64,000 nt of DNA from Octopus sinensis (GCF_006345805.1 NC_043007.1:76322001-76386000), one strand, 5' to 3'; shown: positions 39,096 through 49,140, counted from the first letter of the stretch. The notes: generated by a model from the letters alone, not told the origin. Numbers and translations: made by a program.

Positions 39096-39263
39096 ACTTA
39101 TATTTCTTGACTATTCATAAATCTACATAATGGGTTGAATTAGCTTTCTACCCAATATCTATGTGCCTTTCTAAGCAAGTTTATAATACATTTCAATTTA
39201 AATCGAGAATCTTGTTTTATGTATTACTTCGGCAATTATTCTTTCAATTGCTGTCCAACTTCA

Positions 39264-39359
<96 letters not shown>

Positions 39360-39362
39360 ATG

Positions 39363-39393
<31 letters not shown>

Positions 39394-39677
39394 ATGTCTG
39401 TGTGATACATATATATATCAGTTGAATAAAGCTGTCAGTTAAACACATTTAAAATCTCATGATTACCTCTATGTATGAAAGCGTAACTCAATGAGCATTA
39501 AAAAATGTTCAATATTAAAATACCAAAATAAAAAAAGTGAAAACCAGACCACATTTTAACTTTATTCAACTGAAATACTATTCTATACATATTCATGCAA
39601 ATTTGAAACACAATATATATGTATATATACACTTATATGGGTTATTATAAATATATGTATGTGTGTGTGTGTTTGTG

Positions 39678-39724
<47 letters not shown>

Positions 39725-40129
39725 ATGTATAATAATAATATTAGGGAATAAATCCAAACTTACAGGGAAAAATTAGATTTAGGATTAAATCTAATTTTAC
39801 AGTATAAATATATATATTTATATTAAATATATGTATATACATATATATATATATATTACGCACCAATACTCTCTCATACACACACACACACACACACACA
39901 CCCTTATACATACTAATACATACACCAACCCTATACATACACACGTCCAGACTCCTCCTACGCACTATTAGCTGGTCCTTCAACCCTATTATCTCCCCTT
40001 ATTTCGCTCTCGCGTCTCATGTTTGATCTTTGACCTCTGGCCGAAATCAGATCGCCATGTTGATTCGTTAGCTACTGCACGCATTTTTTTTTCTCTCCTT
40101 CTTTCTGTGTTTTTTTTTCTCTCTGTGTA

Positions 40130-40167
40130 TCTTTCTGTTGAAGAGCGTAGGCTCGAAACGTTAAAGA
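40130..40167 (+). ncRNA. Minimal hammerhead-like motif F1 in the 5' pLTR (core CUGUUGA)
   Basis: TCTTT-CTGTTGA-A-GAGC-GTAG-GCTC-GAAAC-GTT^AAAGA. Helix I is 5 bp, helix II is 4 bp, and helix III is the loopless palindrome AACGUU. Confidence 0.62.
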
Positions 40168-40891
40168 CTTGTTTTATTTATATTTCCTGAGCGCCATACT
40201 AATACAATTGTTCGTTTGTTTTCCACCTGCCTTCGTCTTTTGTCTATTTTCATAAATCTTCCCGTTATATATTATGCGCTCACGTGGTCTCACTTTCATC
40301 CTATATTCTACCAATACCACTATCAACACTTACCTCTACCTTGGATTTTCTTTACCTCTTGGATACTTACCATTGGCTGCACCTCTCTTTCGCGGATCAA
40401 AGTGACTTTGCATTGATGTGAAATCCTTAAAAAATATACCACGACGTCTACACATTTCTCACCTTGAACTTTCAACCTTGAACTTGTTCGCATAAACTGT
40501 CCCATTTGTTGTATTTTTATTTTCTCTTATATTACCACTTTTTTTTACATTCCTTTCATGCTTTCCACATTTTCCTGCATTTTTGTTCTCCTTTCCGTCT
40601 TTCTTCCCTCTCTGGATGTCCATACTCCGTTTCCTCTGCCTGCACCCCCCTTTTTTTGCCTCCCCCTCTCTCTGCTTCCCTTCTTTCTTTCCCTTTTCCG
40701 TTTGCCCCGTCTTTTCTGCCCCTATCGCTTACTTATCTAGTTTTTTCATACGATTATTATTTTTTTGTTTTTTTGAACGTTTGTTTTTTCCCCTTTTTTC
40801 GCTATCCCTTTTTTTCTATTTTTTTCATACGATAATTTTTGTTTTTTGTTTTTTTTTGTTTTTTCGAACGTTTTTTTTCCGCTATCCCATC

Positions 40892-43800
40892 ATGCCGGAT
40901 CCTAGGTCCTACCTCCTCACCCTCCATCACCGTTTGAAGGATCATCTCCGTTCGCTTCCTGTATATTGCCTTAAGCCGTCCGTTAATCTCTCTCTACTTC
41001 TTTTTTAAAAAAACCGCTTCTCTAGCCATGTCTCTTTCCTAAGCCGCTGCCTACATCACCGACTCATCCCTAAAGGTTTCCGCCTCCACTTCCACCCTGC
41101 TCTCCACTCGGATTCTTCCATCTTACCCATACTCCGCACCACATCTTACCGCCTTATGCGGGCCACCATTCGCTCCAATCTCTCCAAACTACATGCCATC
41201 AACCGCCTTCTTCCTCCTGCTTTCTCCACCTTCTTCTCCTCTCTGCCGCCTCTCTATGCTCCAAACACGCTACGCTTCATTATCCATTTGAATCACCTCT
41301 TCCATCAATTTCTTTCTGATACCAAACTTCGTAAACTCCAATCACTCTTCCATTCCACTCTACCCGACGCCACTACCCCAACTCCTCCACCACCCTTCTC
41401 CCCTCCCGATAGGCTCCATCCACCCACACCTAACCCCACTGCCCCTCCCTACAACCCCTTCTCCCCTCCCGATAGGCTCCATCCACCTACACCTAACCTA
41501 ACTGCCCCGCCCAACCACCCCCCACACACCTCCCCAATCCCTCCCCCCTCAGACCTCCACGATACCTACCACCCTCCTACTTCTATTCCACCCACCCCTT
41601 CTCCACTTCCGTCTGTTGTTACCATTCCCCCCGATCTTCCCCTCTCTGCGGCTGAACGCTCCGTCCTTGGCAGGGGTCTGCGTTTCATCCCCCTCACTCC
41701 ATCCTGTAAGGAATTCCAGACGCGAGTTGATGTCCACAGCTTTGTGCGCCGTGTCCGGTTGGGTGCGCATTACCACGACTCGCCACCCACACCCAACGAA
41801 GAGGACTGCTTCACTGGCCTGGGCCGCCTGCCCCTGGCCAGATCCTAGCAGTGGATCTTTTCGCGGGCGCTTGTCAGCGTGCATTGGAGCGGTTCAACTT
41901 CTCCAGGCGCCAACGCCGCCTCAACATCTCCCCGGCTGAGCTCTTGGCTCTTCCTTCCCTCCAACAGCGCGCTGACATTATCATCAAACCGGCTGACAAG
42001 GGTGGAGCTGTAGTGGTGTGGCGCGCGGACCTCTATAGGGCCGAGGCTTTCCACCAACTCAATGACACCTCCTTCTATTCCCCTCTGCCCTCTAACCCCA
42101 CACGTAGCTACCAACAGACGGTATCCTCTACTGTCCACGACCTCATCTCGTCCTCCCGTCTCCCCCGCACCGCATCCAACCTAATTGTGCGAACCCCACG
42201 TACCCCCACCATTTACTTCCTCCCCAAAATCCACAAAACCAACAACCCTGGCCGCCCCATCGTCTCCGCCTGTAACTGCCCCACGGAGCTCATCTCTAAA
42301 TACCTCGACCGTGTCCTTGCCCCCCTAGTGGCATCTCTTCCCTCCCACATCCACGATACCAACCATGTTCTCCGGCTTTTCAACTCTTTCTCCTTTCCTC
42401 CCGGCTCCTCCAAAATCCTTTTTACTATGGAAATAACTATACTGTTATCCCTCACCACGAAGGACTGCAGGCCCTTCGACACTTTCTTGACCTCCGCTCT
42501 AACCCTGTACCTGACACCTCCACACTCATTCGTCTGGCCGAACTTGTCCTTACTCTGAACTGCTTCTCGTTCGCGGGCGAGTTCTACCATCAGGTCTCGG
42601 GAGTGGCCATGGGAACGCGAATGGGCCCCAACTATGCGAACCTGTTCGTTGGCTATGTTGAGGCCCAAATATTCTCTAATTTCACTGGTCCCACTCCTGA
42701 ACTATATGGTCGTTACATCGACGACATTATCGGTGCCACCTCACTCTCCCGCGAACATCTAGATTCCTTCCTCTCTTTCGTCCAATCTTTCCATCCAGCC
42801 TCCACTTCACTTCCACTATCTCCAACACCTCTGTCTCCTTCCTCGACATTTCGGTTAGCATTCTTCACTCTACTCTTACCACCTCCATTCACTACAAACA
42901 CACAGACTCACACTCATACCTCAACTTCTCTTCCTCCCACCCAGAACACACCAAGCTTTCCATCCCCTATTCCCAATTCCTCCGTCTACGTAGGCTCTGT
43001 AGTGACGACCATGACTTTGAGACTCAGTCTCAACGTATGGCTCACCACTTCACCCTACGTGGATACCCCCTCACCACTATCCACACCGCCCTTGCCAGAG
43101 CACGGTCCGTGGACCGTGTATCTGCTCTCTCTCCCCGAACTCGCCCTGTAGTCTCCCGCCTCCCTTTTCCCCTCACTTACCACCCCACGACCCTACGTCT
43201 CCAACGCACCATTCTTCGAGCTTTCCGTCATCTCCAGTCTGACCCGTCCACTTCACACCTCTCCCTAACCGACCCCTCCCCTCTTTCAAACGAGCCCACA
43301 ACCTTCGAGACCTTTTGGTCCATAGCTCCTTCCCTGACCCTACCTCCCAACCCGGCTCGTTCCCCTGCTCCCGCCCACGTTGCCGCACTTGCCCCTACCT
43401 CTCCAACACCACCCGCCTCACTAGCACCCACCATCGACCCTATCCCATCATCCACTCCTTCACCTGCACCTCCAGCAATATTATCTATTGCATCTCTTGC
43501 TCTCTCTGCAATTCCTTGTACATCGGACAAACGGGACGCCGCTTGGCTGACCGGTTCGCGGAACACCTTCGTGACATCCACCTTGCGAACGACACACCGG
43601 TCTCACGCCATTTCCGCTCCACCGGTCACTCCTTGCAACACCTATCTGTGTTCGGTTTGTCCTTACACAGAGGCCATCCGGATTCCCGTTTGCGCCGTGA
43701 ACAGGAATTAATCTTCTCTCTTCGCTCTTATACGCCATTTGGTCTCAACTCTCCCCCCCTCCGTACCTATCCTTTCCCCCGACCCCTACTTCTTCAGTCC

Positions 43801-44100
43801 TTCATCCTTTCACCCCTACTCCCCTTCCCTTCTTCCCTCTTTCTCCCTCCCTCCTTCCCTCTTCCCCTTCCCTCTGCTCCCTCACTCCCTCACTCCCCTT
43901 CTCTCTCCCCCTCTCCCTCTTTCCTCCTTACTCCCCCTCCTCTCTCTCTCCCCCATCCTCTCCTCTTCCACCCTCTCCTCCCCCTCTTCTTCCCCTCCCC
44001 TTCTCTCCCCCCTCTTCTCCCCCTCCCCCTCTTCTCCTCACTACACTACACGACTTTACACATCACATCATATATGATGTGCCATACTAATACATACTAA
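40892..44100 (+). pseudogene. PLE polyprotein (N-terminal domain, RT, GIY-YIG endonuclease), disrupted
   Basis: [78 protein letters not shown] and IIYCISC..CNSLYIGQTGRRLADRFAEH. Lesions: TAA at 41006-41008, a 19-bp deletion at about 41830, a frameshift at about 42437, and 1-bp deletions at about 42800 and 43262. Confidence 0.94.
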
Positions 44101-44557
44101 TACATACGCCAACCCTATACATACACACGTCCAGACCCCTCATACGCACTTATACTCTCTCATACACACACACACACACACTTATACATACTAATACGTA
44201 CTAATACATACTAATACATACTAATACATACACCAACCCCATACTTACGCACGTCCAGACCAATCCTACGCACTAATACTCGCTCATACACACACACACA
44301 CACACACACACCCTTATACATACTAATACATACACCAACCCTATACATACACACGTCCAGACCCCTCCTACGCACTATTAGCTGGTCCTTCAACCCTATT
44401 ATCAACCCTATTATCACCCTATTATCTCCCCTTATTTCGCTCTCGCGTCTCATGTTTGATCTTTGACCTCTGGCCGAAATCAGATCGCCATGTTGATCGT
44501 TAGCTACTGCACGCATTTTTTTCTCTCCTTCTTTCTGTGTTTTTTTCTCCCTGTGTA

Positions 44558-44595
44558 TCTTTCTGTTGAAGAGCGTAGGCTCGAAACGTTAAAGA
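44558..44595 (+). ncRNA. Minimal hammerhead-like motif F1 in the 3' pLTR
   Basis: Identical to 40130-40167. Confidence 0.62.
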
Positions 44596-45529
44596 CTTGT
44601 TTTATTTATATTTCCTGAGCGCCATACTAATACAATTGTTCGTTTGTTTTCCACCTGCCTTCGTCTTTTGTCTATTTTCATAAAGCTTCCCGTTATATAT
44701 ATATATACATATATATATATACATATACATATATATATATACATATACATAGTCCAGTATACATTGGTACATTTATAAGTGAGAAAATATTTATGAAGTG
44801 TTTAGAATCCGTTTATCTTTCATAATTACTGAAAGTCAACTCACAGAAAACAGAATTTCATGGGACCTGTTGTTCTTTTTCTACATGAAATTACACATAC
44901 ATTAAACAAAATTATTATCGTTACACTTCTTACTACTCTTTGTCAAAAACATCTACAAAAGTTTCTGGATAGATTATAAATGTTGAACAAACGATTGAGC
45001 ACAAGATTTGATTCTAGAGTTCGGAGTTTTTCACTTTCGTCTTTCTAACTGACACAGATCTGTATAGACATATAGAAACGATTTTTAGTCAGTAAAAATA
45101 TGGTAGACATAGCAAACCATATACAGTAACAATAACAGTCTTCTAATCGCCTCCAATGATGGCAAAAGAGAAAATTTAAAAAATAATTATTAGTAATTCT
45201 TCTTTAAACAACAAGCCAATCAGATGTAAGCGAAGGAGTCAGTTACTTGGAAGAAGTTCATTAAATCTTCTAGACTATATTTGTTCTACGGTGTCATTTC
45301 CATCGCATGAAATGGTTACTAACAGCTTCTTAATATAAGAGAGGTTATTAAAGCAGTATCAAATAACGTATATGTTTCTGTATAATTTACATTCACTAAA
45401 TTTATGTTCCATTAAAAGAATGATACACAAAATTAAAGTAGTGAAATTAAAAGCAACTTATATTCAAAAGATCAGATTTAGGACGTTCTTTTGACATTTT
45501 AACATTCTCCATAGTCTTTGAATCCTTTA

Positions 45530-46476
45530 AATTTTACTACTAAAACCCACCCATACTTTTCTCTACCCATCCCTTAATGCAGCTCTATCACATCACCCTT
45601 ACTCATATACCTCACACTTATTCCCTTTTTACCTTCTCATTTCTTTCTATCCCTCACCCACCCATGTTCCATCCACCCCTCACATTATTTTGACCACCAA
45701 CTAACACACCTTTTCTCACTTCTTTAACCCATTCTTCAATTTTTCACTCCTTTCACTTATCCCCTCTTTTTTCCATTTTTTCTTTTTTCTTTCTTTTTCT
45801 CTTTCTTCCTCTAATTTTCTCTTCCTGCTTTCCCTTTGACGTGTCTCCTCATTCTAATCATATATACTTCTCCGCAGATCTATCCACAAATACTATCAAT
45901 ACATTCTCAAATTTTCATTCACGCAACAAGACCCTTTCGAATGAAAAACACAGAATTCGCTGCTCATTAATTTGCAATGGCTAAACATGAACTACTATTG
46001 GAACTTACATAACGTGTACAGGAAATATTTTTACCACTTCTATGCGTCACATTCCTTGAATAATGGAACTGTAACTACAATATCTTTATCTATTTTATAT
46101 TTTATTTCTACTTTCATTCTCTTATTTCCATCTATATTCCCTATTTCCTCTTTTTCCATAATAATTCGTTATTTCGAACTCAAATATTTACCTCTATTTA
46201 ACCATCTTACATCATGTCTTATGAAGGGATATTTATAATATCCCAGAAACAGCTGTAAGACAGTATCTAAATCTTATTCCTTATAAATGTCCTGAAAACT
46301 CCTCATAGCCTTGGCTTTATAATCTCATTTTGTCTAATATATATATGCATGCTAATACAAGACCCACATTAGACTCCTTACACGTGACACTGTCGAACCA
46401 AAAGTTTAACTACGGTCTATCCATAGTACATACTTAGCGTTACCTGCCATTCTTTGGGCCATCTAGATAACAATAA

Positions 46477-46480
<4 letters not shown>
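45530..46480 (+). mobile_element. Non-coding PLE-associated repeat (family F3) with a decayed hammerhead at 46216-46261
   Basis: GTCT-TATGA-A-GGGATAT-TTATA-ATATCCC-A-GAAAC-AGCT-GTA-AGAC, with the core 2 nt short. Homologous to 56905-57630 (inverted) and 58525-58690. Confidence 0.65.
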
Positions 46481-46534
<54 letters not shown>

Positions 46535-46579
46535 TAAATAAATAAATAAATGGAGTTGAACGAAGATGTTAACAACATT

Positions 46580-46672
46580 CCTTTACTCTCGACATATATT
46601 TCGAAGACAACATGGTTTTATTCCAAAGGAATAAACGGTACAAGATGCAATCTCCTCATCAGGAAAGAAAGG
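46580..46672 (-). ncRNA. Type I hammerhead ribozyme F4 (minus strand)
   Basis: CCTTT-CTTTC-CTGATGA-GGAGA...TCTTC-GAAA-TATAT-GTC^GAGAG-T-AAAGG. Predicted cut between 46591 and 46590. Confidence 0.75.
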
Positions 46673-46715
46673 GAGCCTTTCAATTATTGTTTTGTCTTGT
46701 TGTTGAGAGAGGCTC

Positions 46716-46808
46716 CCTTTCTTTCCTGATGAGAAGATTGCATCTTGCACCGTTTATTCCTTTGGAATAAAACCATGTTGTCTTCGAAACATATGTCGAG
46801 AGTAAAGG
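46716..46808 (+). ncRNA. Type I hammerhead ribozyme F4 (plus strand), canonical core, long helix II
   Basis: CCTTT-CTTTC-CTGATGA-GAAGA...(53-nt helix II with terminal hairpin TTTATTCC-TTT-GGAATAAA)...TCTTC-GAAAC-ATAT-GTC^GAGAG-T-AAAGG. Helix III is the palindrome ACAUAUGU. Predicted cut after 46797. Confidence 0.85.
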
Positions 46809-46874
46809 AATTTTGTTAACATCTTCGTTCAACTCCATTTATTTATTTATTCATATATAACACACAAATTTCTG

Positions 46875-46921
46875 CACATGAACCCGGAGTTTCTACCCTT
46901 GGACGGGTCGCTTCAACCGTG
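46875..46921 (-). ncRNA. Decayed hammerhead-like motif F5
   Basis: CACGG-TTGAAGC-G-ACCC-GTCCAA-GGGT-A-GAAAC-TCCGG-GTT-CATGTG, with A9C and a mismatched helix I. Confidence 0.35.
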
Positions 46922-47007
46922 TTTCTGATGTGAATTTGCTATCCTGGTATCGGTTCATCAAATTTTCCATGTTGACGGTAAACATAGGATAGTTCATTCA
47001 CCTGTCG

Positions 47008-47050
<43 letters not shown>

Positions 47051-47058
<8 letters not shown>

Positions 47059-47599
47059 AATAGTAAAAAGTGAAAAAACTACAGAAGGCTTGTTTTATAA
47101 GGTTAAAGAATATATTTGAGTCATTATGTTGGAAGAATTTTTTCATACAGTAACATAGTTTTTGAAGAAATTACCGGTTTCGTGTTAACTTTTCAAATTT
47201 CTCAAGTGTTTTTACCTACATCGCGTTATGTCTTCGTTATGAAATGCAAAGAAGAGTTCCAGGTAGGGGGAGGTAATGAGCGATTTCTTCCGGTATAAGG
47301 AAGATAATCGCTTTATATTTCTTTTCCCTTTATCTAATGGGGTGAGTTTCTCTGTATAAGAATGTTAGAGTGGTTAAGTTTGGGTTTATATTTTTCAATG
47401 AAGAATGTTTCCTTGTTTAATCTAATTTGTGTTGGTGTTCCAATAGCACATTGATAAAATGGAAAGATTAAAAATTGTGGTAGTAGTTGCTTTGCGCATT
47501 TCTCAATATGCTCACTAAAGGGTATCATTCTAAAATATATTCTTTAACCTTATAAAACAACCCTTCTGTAGCTTTTTCACTTTTTACTATTTTCTATAT
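47051..47599 (-). mobile_element. Short PLE insertion: endonuclease C-terminus + HHR + tail, with an inverted duplicate of the tail
   Basis: ORF 47334-47528 gives SEHIEKCA...FLIFPFY...RLNKETFFIEKYKPKLN. Inverted arms of 67 bp lie at 47051-47117 and 47533-47599. Confidence 0.82.
47165..47203 (-). ncRNA. Minimal hammerhead ribozyme F6 with a U3-A8 covariant core
   Basis: GAGAAAT-TTGAAAA-GT-TAAC-AC-GAAAC-CG-GTA^ATTTCTT. Helix I is 5-7 bp, helix II is 2 bp, and helix III is the palindrome ACCGGU. Predicted cut between 47172 and 47171. Confidence 0.72.
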
Positions 47600-47652
47600 A
47601 TCCAACCACGTGCTTTCACACACCAACTTTCTCACCTATATATATATTATAT

Positions 47653-47685
<33 letters not shown>

Positions 47686-47916
47686 TAATCAATATAGGGT
47701 GGCAAAAAAAAAAAAAAATTTTGTAGAATTTTTTTGCCACCAGCGGCCTAGTGGGAAAAAATTAAATAGTCATAGACCATTTTTAAGTTCAACATCAACA
47801 ATCAAGGAACGGCCATAATAGGCCATTCACCCACTAGAAATAACAGCCAAAGCTTCAACCGCAAATAAAAATCAATTCCGTAAACAGGAGAAAATTTTAA
47901 AAACATTTACCCTGTA

Positions 47917-48022
47917 ATTTCTTATACGATGCACCGTTTCATCTGCTGTTTAATGGTAAACTAACCTGATTAATTAAATCAAGCCAATCTTCCATAGGCC
48001 CTCAGATTCTTCAGTAAGAAAT
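47917..48022 (-). ncRNA. Type I hammerhead ribozyme F7, copy 1
   Basis: ATTTCTTA-CTGAAGA-ATCTG...(67-nt helix II)...CAGAT-GAAAC-GGTGCATC-GTA^TAAGAAAT. Helix I is 8 bp and helix III is the quasi-palindrome ACGGUGCAUCGU. Predicted cut between 47925 and 47924. Confidence 0.87.
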
Positions 48023-48409
48023 AGCCCAAGTCGGAACAGATATTTTCACGAGGCATTTCCGACCCTGCCAAGGTAATATCTGACCTAAAATTTTCAAATC
48101 ATCGCACTCGCGCCAAATTTATCGGCAGCAAATAAATATAAGCCGTCGATTCCATTACGGAATTAACCAGAAAATTCATAATTAATCAATATAGGGTGGC
48201 AAAAAAAAAAATTTTGTAGAATTCTTTTGCCACCAGCGGCCTAGTGGGAAAAAATTAAATAGTCATAGACCATTTTTAAGTTCAACATCAACAATCAAGG
48301 AACGGCCATAATAGGCCATTCACCCACTAGAAATAACAGCCAAAGCTTCAACCGCAAATAAAAATCAATTCCGTAAACAGGAGAAAATTTAAAAAACATT
48401 TACCCTGTA

Positions 48410-48516
48410 ATTTCTTATACGATGCACCGTTTCATCTGCTGTTTAATGGTAAACTAACCTGATTAAATTAAATCAAGCCAATCTTCCATAGGCCCTCAGA
48501 TTCTTCAGTAAGAAAT
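48410..48516 (-). ncRNA. Type I hammerhead ribozyme F7, copy 2
   Basis: Same as copy 1, with a 1-nt insertion in the helix II tip. Predicted cut between 48418 and 48417. Confidence 0.87.
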
Positions 48517-48573
48517 AGCCCAAGTCGGAACAGATATTTTCACGAGGCATTTCCGACCCTGCCAAGGTAATAT

Positions 48574-48672
48574 CTGAAGAATCTGAGGGCCTATGGAAGA
48601 TTGGCTTGATTTAATTTAATCAGGTTAGTTTACCATTAAACAGCAGATGAAACGGTGCATCGTATAAGAAAT
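48574..48672 (+). ncRNA. Truncated hammerhead F7 in the inverted segment (lacks the 5' strand of helix I)
   Basis: Starts exactly at CTGAAGA (48574) and is preceded by GTAATAT instead of ATTTCTTA. Confidence 0.7.
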
Positions 48673-48791
48673 TACAGGGTAAATGTTTTTTAAATTTTCT
48701 CCTGTTTACGGAATTGATTTTTATTTGCGGTTGAAGCTTTGGCTGTTATTTCTAGTGGGTGAATGGCCTATTATGGCCGTTCCTTGATTGT

Positions 48792-48871
<80 letters not shown>

Positions 48872-49140
48872 TATATATATATATATATATGTATATATAT
48901 TATATATATATATATATATACATGCATATATATATATATACGTGTGTGTGTGCTTGTGTGTGTGTGTTGCTATATATATAGGTATATATGTGTGTGTGGT
49001 GTGTGCAAGCAGCAAAGTTTTGTAGGCAAGAATAATGGAAATCAATAATATCAATCTCATAATTGCCTCAAATGATGACAAAAGAGAAGATAATTAAGCA
49101 TTAAAGCAATCAAAAGAAACAGGTGTGAGTGAACGAACCA

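Larger units (their letters stand above)
39857..44693 (+). mobile_element. Full-length Penelope-like element (copy 1) flanked by direct pLTRs
   Basis: Direct repeats at 39857-40265 and 44267-44693, each containing an HHR-like motif and ending in (TA)n. A single RT + GIY-YIG coding region lies between them. Confidence 0.93.
46538..46852. repeat. Palindrome with arms of about 140 bp and a spacer of about 30 nt, each arm carrying a hammerhead
   Basis: 46538-46678 is the reverse complement of about 46710-46852, with 4 substitutions seen by eye. Confidence 0.92.
47684..48795 (-). mobile_element. Non-coding hammerhead repeat (retrozyme-like): about 1.8 tandem 493-497-bp units plus an inverted 222-bp partial unit
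   Basis: Units start at 47684 and 48181. The inverted segment is 48574-48795. Both ends abut (TA)n, and there is no ORF of 60 aa or more. Confidence 0.85.

Noticed and set aside
42410-42445. Programmed -1 frameshift rescuing the Penelope RT
   Set aside because: There is no canonical slippery heptamer in frame, and neither frame supplies the catalytic Asp. About 7 nt are simply missing.
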